A stretch of DNA of 64,000 bases from an uncultured Chroococcidiopsis sp. (GTDB lineage: Bacteria; Cyanobacteriota; Cyanobacteriia; Cyanobacteriales; Chroococcidiopsidaceae): positions 1 to 64,000 of the forward strand of contig CAXTYC010000029.1 of NCBI GenBank assembly GCA_964248365.1. Reading direction: 5' to 3'. Below, piece by piece: positions 19,014 through 28,959 of the stretch. The number at the start of each line of letters is the position of its first letter. The first letter of the stretch is position 1. The notes under the pieces were generated by a model, which saw nothing but the letters and a program-made list of their open reading frames with translations, did no database searches and was not told the DNA's origin. Position numbers and translations under genes: made by a program.

Positions 19014-20084
19014 ATGTTCAACTCCCTATCTGAGCCTATCCTGCTATTGATTTTTGGTGTCGCTGCTGCTGCGATTTGGATTGCAGGCATCCAACTATCC
19101 AACACTACAGATGTGCTGTCATCGCGTTTGGGGCTGGGTGAGGCACTTGGAGGATTGATATTGCTTGCGATCGCCACGAACTTGCCTGAACTCGCTATTA
19201 CTGCAAGTGCTGCATTGCAACATAACGTGGGCATTGCCAGTGGTAATATTTTGGGCGGAATCGCCATCCAGACTGTTGTACTTGTTATCCTCGACGCATT
19301 TGGTGTCAAGGGCAAGTACTCGCTAACTTACCGTGCAGCTTCCTTAACATTAGTGCTTGAGGGTGTGTTGGTGATTGCAGTGCTAATCGTCGCAATTATG
19401 TGTTCTCAACTGCCGCCAACAGTTATATTTGGGCGTGTTACACCTGGTGGTTTGCTAATTACCCTACTGTGGATCATTGGTCTGTGGCTCATAGGCAAGG
19501 CTCGTACTGCTTTACCCCCGCACGAGCAGGGTAACGCTCCTAACTCTCAGCAAGCAAATCGTAGTGTTTCCCAGCAGAGCAAGGCGCAGGATGCTAAAGA
19601 AAAAAAGGTAAGTCTAGCACGAACGGTTATAGTTTTTGCCATAGCATCTATCGTCACGCTCGTAGCTGGAGTTGTAATTGAGCAAAGTGGTGATGCCATT
19701 GCCCAGCACATTGGTCTAAGTGGTGTACTATTTGGTGCGACTTTCCTGGCGGCTGCTACGTCCCTTCCAGAGGTTTCTACTGGGCTAGCCTCTGTCAAGC
19801 GGCAAGATTATCAGCTTGCCTTCAGTGACATCTTTGGTGGTAATGCCTTTTTACCCGTCCTGTTCCTCTTAGCTACTTTATTGTCAGATCAGGCTGTACT
19901 GCCAAGGGCAACAAAAACCGACATTTACATATCTGGTTTGGGGATATTGCTGACGACAGTTTACATTTACGGGCTGATATTTCGACCTTCTCGTCGAGTT
20001 TTACGTATGGGTATTGATTCGCTAGTTGTACTTGTCCTTTATGTGCTTGGAATAGTAGGACTAATCGCTGTAGCTCGTGGGTAG
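19014..20084 (+). CDS. Na+/Ca2+ (CaCA family) antiporter
   Basis: Alpha-1 ATNLPE...GNILGG and alpha-2 ATSLPE...SDIFGGN repeats. Confidence 0.85.
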   Translation: MFNSLSEPILLLIFGVAAAAIWIAGIQLSNTTDVLSSRLGLGEALGGLILLAIATNLPELAITASAALQHNVGIASGNILGGIAIQTVVLVILDAFGVKGKYSLTYRAASLTLVLEGVLVIAVLIVAIMCSQLPPTVIFGRVTPGGLLITLLWIIGLWLIGKARTALPPHEQGNAPNSQQANRSVSQQSKAQDAKEKKVSLARTVIVFAIASIVTLVAGVVIEQSGDAIAQHIGLSGVLFGATFLAAATSLPEVSTGLASVKRQDYQLAFSDIFGGNAFLPVLFLLATLLSDQAVLPRATKTDIYISGLGILLTTVYIYGLIFRPSRRVLRMGIDSLVVLVLYVLGIVGLIAVARG

Positions 20085-20318
20085 GAGAGTCGGAAAAGGG
20101 GAATCAGGGGAGGATGATTAATTACATTGGTGCGTTTTACCTTTCCCGTTTTCCCTTTTCCCTTTCCCCTTTCCCCAAAACTGGTAACTGGTAACTGGTT
20201 TCCCTTGCCCCTTTTCCCTAGATTGAGGTTGGCAAATTTGGCAGTAAATGGGCGATTTGGCTATTAATTGTCTGAGCGATCGCCCAAAGCAGCCCTAGAG
20301 ATGAGATGATGGTTAAAC

Positions 20319-21797
20319 ATGAGTGCTAATCAGAATATCTCATTAATACGGGCGGCGAGAAGTGGCGACTATCAGCAGGTACAAGCGCTACTAGCTCAGG
20401 GTGCAAATGTAAACGCGGGGGATAATGAAGGCACTACAGCCTTAATGTTTGCAGCCTCTGCTGGCTACACTGAGATTGTGCGATCGCTAATCGAGCGAGG
20501 AGCCGATCTCAATCAACGAAGAAAATTATTTGGCATCACTGCTTTGATGTTAGCGGCGGCAAATCAAAATGTTGATGTTGTAAAACTCCTGGTTGCCAAT
20601 GGAGCTAGTTTAAATGCTAAAAATAACGACGGTAGTACAGCGCTAATGGCGGCAGCTGCAAAAGGCAATACTGAAATTGTTCAAATCCTTTTGCAGGCAG
20701 GAGCAGATATTAATATCAAAGATTCTGATGAGGATACAGCACTTAACCTAGCTGCCTTGCACAATCATAGCAATGTAGTACAAGTATTGCTGTCTGCGGG
20801 GGCAGACTTAAATCAAACCAAGCAAGGTGAAACAACATTGACAATAGCCGCTGCTTGTGGTAATGCCGAGACAGTACAAGTATTGTTAGCGCATGGGGTA
20901 GCAGTAAATAGTAAAAATCAGGAGGGGAGAACGGCACTAATGCAAGCGGCTGTGGGTAATCTTCTTGCTATTACCCAATTGTTGTTAGCTAAAGGTGCTG
21001 CTCTCGATATCAAAGACGACGCGGGAGAAACAGCCTTAACTCTAGCAGTAGAACGAGGTAATCAGGAAGTTGTGGAAGCATTGCTACGAGCTGGGGCTGA
21101 TGTGAAAGTTAGATGCTCAGATGGTGGATCAGCCTTGTCTTTAGCTGCATCTGGGGGGCGAGGGGCGATCGCAACTGCATTAATTAATCACGGCGCTGAC
21201 ATCAATGTCGCGGACAACGATGGTGAAACACCATTGCATCTTGCTACCCTAGAAGGTTACGAAGATGTAGTAGAAATTCTCCTATCCCTGGGTGCTGATG
21301 TTAATGCTAAAAATCATCTAGGAGATACACCCTTACTTGTAGCAGCATTACAGGGATATAGCCAGATTGTAGCAATGCTGCTAACAAAAGGAGCAGATCC
21401 TAACATCAGAAACTTAGACGAGACACCCCTAACACTAGCAGCAACCGAGGGTTACAGCGACATAGTAAAAGTATTGTTAGAGTATGGTGCTGATCCCAAC
21501 ACTCAAACAGCAGACGGCAAAACTCCTTTAATGAAGGCAGCAGACCGCAACCATATAAAAGTGATACACTATCTGCTAGAAAAAGGAGCCGATGTCAACT
21601 TGCAAGATGCAGCAGGGGCAACAGCTTTAATGTGGGCAGCGCATCGAGGTTACTTCGATGCAGTAGAACTGCTGCAAAAATCTGGGGCAGACGTGCATTT
21701 AAAAAATCGTGGTGGTTATACAGCCCTGATGATTGCAGAATTTAACGGGTACAAAAATGTAGTGCGAAGTCTCCAAGCATTTGGCGCACAGGAATAA
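20319..21797 (+). CDS. Ankyrin-repeat protein
   Basis: About 14 G-T[A/P]LxxAA..G...V..LL..GAD repeats. Confidence 0.92.
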   Translation: MSANQNISLIRAARSGDYQQVQALLAQGANVNAGDNEGTTALMFAASAGYTEIVRSLIERGADLNQRRKLFGITALMLAAANQNVDVVKLLVANGASLNAKNNDGSTALMAAAAKGNTEIVQILLQAGADINIKDSDEDTALNLAALHNHSNVVQVLLSAGADLNQTKQGETTLTIAAACGNAETVQVLLAHGVAVNSKNQEGRTALMQAAVGNLLAITQLLLAKGAALDIKDDAGETALTLAVERGNQEVVEALLRAGADVKVRCSDGGSALSLAASGGRGAIATALINHGADINVADNDGETPLHLATLEGYEDVVEILLSLGADVNAKNHLGDTPLLVAALQGYSQIVAMLLTKGADPNIRNLDETPLTLAATEGYSDIVKVLLEYGADPNTQTADGKTPLMKAADRNHIKVIHYLLEKGADVNLQDAAGATALMWAAHRGYFDAVELLQKSGADVHLKNRGGYTALMIAEFNGYKNVVRSLQAFGAQE

Positions 21798-21803
21798 AAG
21801 CAG

Positions 21804-21833
21804 GGTTCGCTGTGGTTCGCTGTGGTTCGCTGT
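21804..21833. repeat. 10-bp tandem repeat, three copies
   Basis: (GGTTCGCTGT)3. Confidence 0.8.
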
Positions 21834-21873
21834 GGGGAGAAAGAAAGTAGGGAGAATCATTAATTCCGAATTC

Positions 21874-22293
21874 CTAATCGTGGATTTTACCATCAGGCAT
21901 GATTGCCCCTTGTAATTTTGCCCCAGCGAGAAATGCCCCCCAAAGACTAGCACCTTTTAAATTTGCTTGTCGTAAATCTGCCTGGGTAAGGTCTGCCATT
22001 TTCAATTCTGCCCCACTCAAAATAGCACCATTGAGATTAGCAGCAAACAAATTCGCTCCGTTGAGATTGGCTGCACTTAAATTTGCCCCCTTCAGATTCG
22101 CCTGACTCAAAGATGCTTCTCGTAAATTAGTTCCCACCAAATCAGCCCCACTCAAATCAGCTTCACTCAGAGATGCTTCTCGTAAATTGGCTCCACTTAA
22201 ATTCACTCCACTCAAAGTAGCACCAATAAATTTTGCGCCCTGGAAATTTCTTTCTCCTGCCTCATAAAGTTTGCTTAGCTCTGAAGCACTCAT
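21874..22293 (-). CDS. Pentapeptide-repeat protein
   Basis: YEAGERNF followed by A(D/N)Lxx repeats and MPDG end; ATG 22293 preferred. Confidence 0.88.
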   Translation of the reverse strand: MSASELSKLYEAGERNFQGAKFIGATLSGVNLSGANLREASLSEADLSGADLVGTNLREASLSQANLKGANLSAANLNGANLFAANLNGAILSGAELKMADLTQADLRQANLKGASLWGAFLAGAKLQGAIMPDGKIHD

Positions 22294-22456
22294 AGAATTT
22301 GTCTCACACAACCATTGCCTTGTATTAGTCTGCCTCAAACATTTAATCGGAAAAGTAAGAATAGATACTAATAGTAGACCCACGACAGAAGACAGAAGAC
22401 AGAAGACACTCTTGGATTTAAAATTATCCCCTTACCCTTCACCCCTACCCCTAATT

Positions 22457-22819
22457 ATGCAAATTACCACTTGTCTCCATACAGCAGTACTAGTATCTGA
22501 TCTAGAACGAGCTGAACATTTTTATAGCCTTGTGTTGGGATTATCTAAAGTTGATCGCACACTCAAATACCCAGGCGTATGGTATCAAATCGGCGAATTT
22601 CAACTTCACCTGATCGTCGCTCCCTCTACCCCATCCACACCCCAAAACCCAGAAAAATGGGGACGCAACCCCCACATAGCCCTAGCCGTAGCTGACTTAG
22701 AAGCAGCCAAAAACCAACTACTCACCCACAACTGCCCCATGCAAATGAGCGCCTCTGGAAGATCCGCACTCTTCACCCAAGATCCAGACAACAACATCAT
22801 AGAACTCACTCAACTCTAA
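22457..22819 (+). CDS. VOC / glyoxalase-family protein
   Basis: LHTAVLVSDL, QLHL, GRNPHIA and DPDNNIIEL motifs; ATG 22457. Confidence 0.85.
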   Translation: MQITTCLHTAVLVSDLERAEHFYSLVLGLSKVDRTLKYPGVWYQIGEFQLHLIVAPSTPSTPQNPEKWGRNPHIALAVADLEAAKNQLLTHNCPMQMSASGRSALFTQDPDNNIIELTQL

Positions 22820-22855
22820 AAACCTTCGCGTTCTTTGCGTCTTGGCGGTTCGTAA

Positions 22856-24142
22856 ATGAAAATCATTGCCTACACATACAGCGATCCCTTAATAGAACCA
22901 ACACCCGATCCATCTACATGGGGTTGGGAACTGGATCGAGTGTATCAAGACATCGGACAACGCACCCTACTACAACAGCTAATAACAGACTGCCAAACAG
23001 ATCCAGCCGATTATCTCTTAATTCGACGCATAGAAGAACTGGGCGACTCATTACAACAAGTGAGCGACACTCATGCCCAACTAGAAGCCTTGGGCTTGCA
23101 AATAATCATTACCTCACAACCCGCATCTACCAATCTTCGCGTAGACTTACTCCTCCTGTTGCAAGCAATCCAACGCGAACAGCGTAGCCGCCGTATCCGC
23201 CAAGGACACGCCCGCAATCGACTCGATGCAATCCCACCACCTGGAAAAGCGCCCTACGGCTACCGCCGAGGCAAAGAAAAATACGCCCTCGATCGCGCAG
23301 CTGCACCAGTCGTGAAAGATTTTTTTGAACATTTCCTCCTCTACGGCTCGTTGCGCGGAGCAGTTCGCCATCTGGCACAAAAATACGGCAAGAAAATATC
23401 TGTTACAACGGGGCGGCGTTGGTTAACTAATTCAGTTTATCGCGGTGACACAGCATATCAAAACGGTGAGGTGATCTCTAATACCCACGTTCCCATCATC
23501 TCCAGGGAAGAAGCAGCACAAATTGATCGACTGTTGCGCCGCAACAGCCGCTTACCACCTCGCAGTGCTAGTGCGCCTCGTTCTCTAGCTGGGTTGGTTG
23601 TCTGTAGCGAATGCTCTTCATCCATGATGGTAGTTAGTGTCACCAGTCGCGGTAAACAGAAGGAATATCTCTATTTACGCCCCATTAACTGCCCCCTTCG
23701 TCCTAAATGCCGTGCGATCGCATACGAGCAAGTATTCGAGCAGACGATCGCCGCCATTTGTCGTGACTTACCAGGTGCAGTAGCCTCTATGAATTTCCCC
23801 CAATTAGATGCACTCAAGAATAATTTGACAGAGGCGATCGCCACAAAGCAACAAATCCTGGCTCAATTACCTCTTCTTACCACCCAGGGAATTTTAGATT
23901 CCCAAACCGCCGCCTTACGTGCCTATAAACTTCGCACCCAAATCTCAGAATTACAAGGCAAATTAGCAACACTACCACCTGTAAATTTGCGCTCCGTTGC
24001 CTCTGCTGTATCGATCAGCCAATTTTGGCTAGATTTGTCTGAATCCGAGCGGCGATTCTACTTTCGTGAATTTATTAGTCAAATTCAGATTTGTCGTCAG
24101 AATCGAGATTGGCAGATCCGAATTATTTTTGTTTTTTATTGA
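22856..24142 (+). CDS. Large serine recombinase-family protein with degenerate catalytic domain
   Basis: GKAPYGY, WLTNSVYRG, HVPIIS, LAGLVVCxxC zinc ribbon and coiled coil; lacks the YxRVS and DRLxR motifs. Confidence 0.8.
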   Translation: MKIIAYTYSDPLIEPTPDPSTWGWELDRVYQDIGQRTLLQQLITDCQTDPADYLLIRRIEELGDSLQQVSDTHAQLEALGLQIIITSQPASTNLRVDLLLLLQAIQREQRSRRIRQGHARNRLDAIPPPGKAPYGYRRGKEKYALDRAAAPVVKDFFEHFLLYGSLRGAVRHLAQKYGKKISVTTGRRWLTNSVYRGDTAYQNGEVISNTHVPIISREEAAQIDRLLRRNSRLPPRSASAPRSLAGLVVCSECSSSMMVVSVTSRGKQKEYLYLRPINCPLRPKCRAIAYEQVFEQTIAAICRDLPGAVASMNFPQLDALKNNLTEAIATKQQILAQLPLLTTQGILDSQTAALRAYKLRTQISELQGKLATLPPVNLRSVASAVSISQFWLDLSESERRFYFREFISQIQICRQNRDWQIRIIFVFY

Positions 24143-24332
24143 ATTTATTTTTTGCTCAAATTCTTACCAGGTAAGCCCAGACTTGGAATAGGAACAGTCT
24201 ATTTTACACAGATTTCAATGAATGGCTCGATTTTATCTAGCATGAATTGTCTAAACATAAAGTATAATCCTTTACTTTTAATCTGTTCTTTTCTAGAGTA
24301 AAGTCTTAGGACAGTAGAGATAAAACTAATAA

Positions 24333-24481
24333 TATAGCGATCTCTTTTGAGTCATGAGATACTGCGACTTGAGCGTCAATAGTCAATAGTCATTGCTTCT
24401 TTGTCTAGCTACAAATGACTATTGACTATTGACTATTGACAACCATCATGAAAAATTCACGAATCATTTAGGGTTGCTATA
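24333..24481 (+). mobile_element. MITE-like element, TATAGC...GCTATA family, copy 1
   Basis: TA-flanked terminal inverted repeats and an internal (GTCAATA)n/(TATTGAC)n core; homologous inverted copy at 38053-38193. Confidence 0.7.
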
Positions 24482-24533
24482 TATAAAAAATTTGAATACA
24501 AATTAGAAAAAACACCAATATAAAAATTCTAAT

Positions 24534-24875
24534 TTAGATCAATGGATATTACAAGATAGATGCCGCTTGGTATTGCTCTTGGGAATGGGTGGGATTGGCA
24601 AAACTTCTCTATCAGAAGCCCTGAATATCTTCAAAGATAAAGGCATCGTTGATTTAGAGAATGAATTCAAACAACTGATTGAGTACTACAATGGCAATTC
24701 TCTCGCCTTAAAGATCGTCGCAACTAAAATTCAATCTCTGTTTGGTGGGGACGTGTTTAAGTTCTTAGATCAGGGTACAGTAGTTTTTGGCGATATTTGG
24801 GAGCTTTTAGATCAATAATTCAATCGCTTGTCATCTTCATAACAAGCAAGTGATGTACTATTTGGCTAGCCATCG
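24534..24875 (+). pseudogene. NB-ARC (STAND NTPase) relic
   Basis: WILQDRCRLVLLLGMGGIGKTSLS (Walker A) fused directly to YNGNSLALKIVAT...GDIWELLDQ*FNRLS; large internal deletion and stops. Confidence 0.8.
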
Positions 24876-25050
24876 CAAGTAGTTCACAATTAAAGGCGGT
24901 AGGGCATTCTGTTTGAAGCTGAGATCGAGCTAAACCGTAAGTTCCCAATGAAGTGAGAAGCTAGCGCTATACTGCTTGCAGGCGCGCCTAGAGATATGTT
25001 ACGAAAAACGGCAAAGAAATAATGGCAGAACTTGACAATTAACAACTAAT

Positions 25051-26043
25051 ATGCAGGCTTTTGTTACTGGAGGTACAGGTTTCATTGGAGCCAATCTGAT
25101 ACGGTTGCTGCTGCAACAGGGCGTTGCGGTGCGGGCATTGGTGCGTCCTACGAGCCGCCTGGACAATTTGCAGGGATTGGCGGTAGAGGTTGTTCTAGGC
25201 GATCTAGGCGATCGCAACCTATGGCAGCAAATGGCAGGATGCCAGGTTCTGTTTCATGTGGCGGCGCACTATTCCCTCTGGCAGACAGATCGAGAGCAGC
25301 TTTACCGCCATAATGTGATCGGTACGCGAAATGTACTATCGGCAGCGCAACGAGCTGGAATTGAGCGTACTGTATACACTAGTTCGGTAGCGGCGATCGG
25401 TGTGGGTGAGAACGGTACTGTGGTGAATGAAACTCACCAATCCCCCTTAGAAAAGCTCGTGGGGCATTACAAAAAGTCCAAATTTCTGGCAGAACAGGAA
25501 GCACTGGGGGCAGCTTCAACAGGGCAGGATGTGGTTATAGTCAATCCCAGCAGCCCTATTGGACCTGGAGATATTAAACCAACTCCAACAGGTGATATAA
25601 TATTACGATTTTTGCGTCGCCAAATGCCGTTTTATCTGGATACAGGTTTGAATTTTATTGATGTAAGGGATGTGGCGTGGGGACACTTATTGGCTTTGCA
25701 AAAGGGTAAAATGGGCGATCGCTACATTTTGGGAAACCAAAACCTTACCCTGAAAGCTCTGCTAGACCAACTTGCCGATCTGACTGGGTTGAGCGCTCCT
25801 CCTTATTCCGTACCTGGCTGGCTACCTATGAGCGTTGCTTGGCTAGATGAAAAAATTCTCGCACCTTGGGGTAAACCACCTGCTGTTCCTCTGGACGGTG
25901 TGCGGATGGCAAAGCAGTATATGTACTACGATGCATCAAAAGCCATCCGAGAATTAGGGCTACCTCAAACTCCAATTAGGATAGCCTTGACAGATGCCGT
26001 AGACTGGTTTACATCTCACGGATATGTTGATGCAAACCGATAA
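25051..26043 (+). CDS. hpnA: Hopanoid-associated sugar epimerase
   Basis: TGGTGFIG, HVAAHY, YKKSK and GPGDIKPTPTG motifs; gene context. Confidence 0.9.
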   Translation: MQAFVTGGTGFIGANLIRLLLQQGVAVRALVRPTSRLDNLQGLAVEVVLGDLGDRNLWQQMAGCQVLFHVAAHYSLWQTDREQLYRHNVIGTRNVLSAAQRAGIERTVYTSSVAAIGVGENGTVVNETHQSPLEKLVGHYKKSKFLAEQEALGAASTGQDVVIVNPSSPIGPGDIKPTPTGDIILRFLRRQMPFYLDTGLNFIDVRDVAWGHLLALQKGKMGDRYILGNQNLTLKALLDQLADLTGLSAPPYSVPGWLPMSVAWLDEKILAPWGKPPAVPLDGVRMAKQYMYYDASKAIRELGLPQTPIRIALTDAVDWFTSHGYVDANR

Positions 26044-26105
26044 GAATATAAGGTAAAGTTGCCAATATTGGTGATGGCTAAAACGAGGAGTGGGAGAAAC
26101 ATAAT

Positions 26106-27128
26106 ATGGCAGTTCACATACAAGAAGCGATCGAAGTAGGGAAGTATTTGGTTGCACAACGTCTAAAAGGACGCAAACACTTTCCCCTAGTGTTAATGCT
26201 CGAACCGCTATTCCGCTGCAACCTGGCTTGTTCTGGTTGTGGTAAAATCCAGCATCCAACAGACGTACTTAAGAAAAACCTGACACCAGAACAATGCTTT
26301 GCTGCTGTAGAAGAGTGCGGCGCTCCCATTGTCTCCATCCCTGGTGGGGAACCTCTGCTGCATCCCCAGATTGATGAAATTGTGCGGGGATTGGTAAAGC
26401 GCAAGAAATTCGTTTACTTGTGTACCAATGGCTTGTTGTTAGAAAAAAGCCTGGATAAGTTTCAACCCTCCCCTTACTTCAGTTTCACCGTGCATTTAGA
26501 TGGAATGCGCGAGTGGCACGACAAATGCGTCGATCGCAAAGGCGTTTTTGACACTGCTGTACGGGCAATTCGCGCCGCCAAAGCTAGAGGATTCCGTGTC
26601 ACTACCAACACCACTATCTTTGAGGGAGCTGATCCCAAAGAAATTCAGGAGTTTTTTGATTTCCTTGGCACGCTAAATACTGATGGTATAATGATTTCCC
26701 CTGGCTACAGCTACGAATTGGCTCCCGACCAAGAGCATTTCCTCAAGCGCGAACAGACACGCGCTCTGTTCCGAGAAATCCTGACTCCCTACAAAGCCAG
26801 TCAAAGAAACTGGAACTTTAACCATAATCCTTTGTTTCTGGACTTCCTGATCGGTCAGAAGGATTACGAATGTACGCCTTGGGGTATGCCCAGCTATAGC
26901 GTTTTAGGTTGGCAAAAGCCTTGCTACTTGTTGAATGAAGGACATTACTCTACCTTCAAGGAATTAATTGAAGAAACTGACTGGAGTAAATACGGTCGTG
27001 CCAGTGGTAATCCCAAGTGTGCCGATTGTATGGTGCATTGCGGCTACGAACCTACCGCCGCGATGGATGCTATGCAACCGCAAAACATTGCTCGTTCGAT
27101 TGGCACTGTTTTGGGTATTGGTAATTAG
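26106..27128 (+). CDS. hpnH: Adenosyl-hopene transferase (radical SAM)
   Basis: [23 protein letters not shown] and [12 protein letters not shown] motifs. Confidence 0.93.
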   Translation: MAVHIQEAIEVGKYLVAQRLKGRKHFPLVLMLEPLFRCNLACSGCGKIQHPTDVLKKNLTPEQCFAAVEECGAPIVSIPGGEPLLHPQIDEIVRGLVKRKKFVYLCTNGLLLEKSLDKFQPSPYFSFTVHLDGMREWHDKCVDRKGVFDTAVRAIRAAKARGFRVTTNTTIFEGADPKEIQEFFDFLGTLNTDGIMISPGYSYELAPDQEHFLKREQTRALFREILTPYKASQRNWNFNHNPLFLDFLIGQKDYECTPWGMPSYSVLGWQKPCYLLNEGHYSTFKELIEETDWSKYGRASGNPKCADCMVHCGYEPTAAMDAMQPQNIARSIGTVLGIGN

Positions 27129-27492
27129 CAAGTTTAGGGGCGGACGCAGGTAGATATTGCATCTGTCAACAGCTTATTTATCAACTCTCTCTTGCCAGCT
27201 TACACATTTACAAAAAAGAATTAGCATTCGCAGTTAATTTGATCAATAGACCTGTTGCACTCGTCTTTTTTTTGTTTCTCGCAATAAACTTGGACACAAG
27301 CGATGGCGGGTTTCCCGACAGGAGGTAAAGTGTCCGCGCAAAGCCGCGATCGTTCGGACGCAAAAAGTCTCGCGCTGCGATCCTTGTGCAAGAGGTCTAA
27401 TGTCATTTGATAGTGCTTGAAGTTGACAACTCTCCAAAAGCAGTTAATTGTTTAAGAAATCTATTGCCAGATCAACTCAAGGAGATATATCA

Positions 27493-28932
27493 GTGAAGAA
27501 AACCCTGTTCCTTAGTCCTCCTTCCTTCGATGGGTTTGATGGTGGTGCAGGTTCTCGGTATCAAGCCAAGCGCGAGATCACTTCTTTCTGGTATCCGACA
27601 TGGCTGGCGCAACCCGCCGCCCTCGTGCCAGGTAGCAAGCTTGTGGATGCCCCACCACACGGACAGACTGTAGAGGATGTGCTGAAAATTGCCAAAGATT
27701 ATGAACTAATTATCATGCACACCAGCACGCCCTCGCTGGCTAATGATGTGAAGTGCGCCCAGGCAATCAAAGCCCAGAATCCCAATGTGCAGATTGGCTT
27801 CGTTGGGGCGCACGTAGCAGTTTTACCAGAGGTAACGCTACGCGATTGCCCAGTCATCGACTTTGTTTGTCGTCACGAGTTCGACTATACCTGCAAGGAA
27901 CTGGCAGAAGGCAAACCTTGGGATCAAATTAAGGGTTTAAGCTACCGTGACAAGAATGGTAACGTGCATCACAACGGGGAGCGCCAGTTGATCCACGACT
28001 GGGATGCTATGGCTAGCGTTCTACCAATTTATGCGCGTGACCTAGATATTACGAAATATTTCATTGGCTACCTGCTACACCCCTACGTTTCCTTTTATAC
28101 TGGGCGCGGCTGTCCCGCAAAATGCAGCTTTTGCCTGTGGCCTCAGACAATTGGGGGGCATCAGTATCGCACCAAAAGCCCCTTGGCGGTAGGGCAAGAG
28201 ATGACCGAAGCCAAAGCAATTTTTGGTGACAAGGTGCGGGAATATATGTTTGACGACGACACCTTCACGATTGATAAGCCCCGTGCGATCGCTATTAGCG
28301 AACACATGAAACGACTGAAGCTCACCTGGAGTTGCAACGCCCGCGCTAACTTAGACTACGATACCCTTAAACAACTACGTGACAACGGCTTGCGCCTTTT
28401 ACTGGTGGGATTTGAATCAGGCAACCAGCAAATTCTAGACGGGATTAAGAAGGGAATTAAGCTGGAGGTAGCGCGGAAATTTATGGAGAACTGCCACAAA
28501 CTTGGCATCACCGTACACGGGACTTTCATCATCGGTTTGCCAAACGAAACCCGCGAGACAATTGAGGAAACTATTCGCTTTGCTTGCGAAATGAGTCCTC
28601 ATACAATCCAAGTTTCTATTGCCGCCCCCTATCCTGGAACCGAACTCTATCAACAAGCTCAGGCTAACGGTTGGTTTAGCGAAAATTCCCTGGTAGCCAC
28701 CTCCGGCATTCAAATGTCTACACTGGAATATCCGAACCTCTCTAGCGCCGAGATTGAGGATGCCGTAGAGCAAATGTACCGTCGATTCTACTTTCGACCT
28801 AAAGCGATTATCCCGATCGTAACCGAAATGCTCAGCGATCCCCAAATGCTAGTACGTCGCTTACGTGAGGGTAGGGAGTTCTTCTCTTACCTAAAAGAGC
28901 GCCACACTCAAGCGCTGGCAAAAGCGCAATAG
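27493..28932 (+). CDS. hpnJ: Hopanoid biosynthesis radical SAM protein
   Basis: PPSFDGFDGGAGSRYQAKRE and GRGCPAKCSFCLWPQT motifs; GTG 27493 follows RBS GGAG. Confidence 0.92.
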   Translation: MKKTLFLSPPSFDGFDGGAGSRYQAKREITSFWYPTWLAQPAALVPGSKLVDAPPHGQTVEDVLKIAKDYELIIMHTSTPSLANDVKCAQAIKAQNPNVQIGFVGAHVAVLPEVTLRDCPVIDFVCRHEFDYTCKELAEGKPWDQIKGLSYRDKNGNVHHNGERQLIHDWDAMASVLPIYARDLDITKYFIGYLLHPYVSFYTGRGCPAKCSFCLWPQTIGGHQYRTKSPLAVGQEMTEAKAIFGDKVREYMFDDDTFTIDKPRAIAISEHMKRLKLTWSCNARANLDYDTLKQLRDNGLRLLLVGFESGNQQILDGIKKGIKLEVARKFMENCHKLGITVHGTFIIGLPNETRETIEETIRFACEMSPHTIQVSIAAPYPGTELYQQAQANGWFSENSLVATSGIQMSTLEYPNLSSAEIEDAVEQMYRRFYFRPKAIIPIVTEMLSDPQMLVRRLREGREFFSYLKERHTQALAKAQ

Positions 28933-28959
28933 CATTGAAACACTCATGGGGTATTGGCG

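Noticed and set aside
22856..24142. Heterocyst-type excision element (xisF-like)
   Set aside because: No interrupted host gene or flanking direct repeats, and the catalytic motifs are degenerate
27300..27385. GC-rich structured-looking stretch upstream of hpnJ as a riboswitch
   Set aside because: No riboswitch consensus recognised; it looks like a small dispersed cyanobacterial repeat
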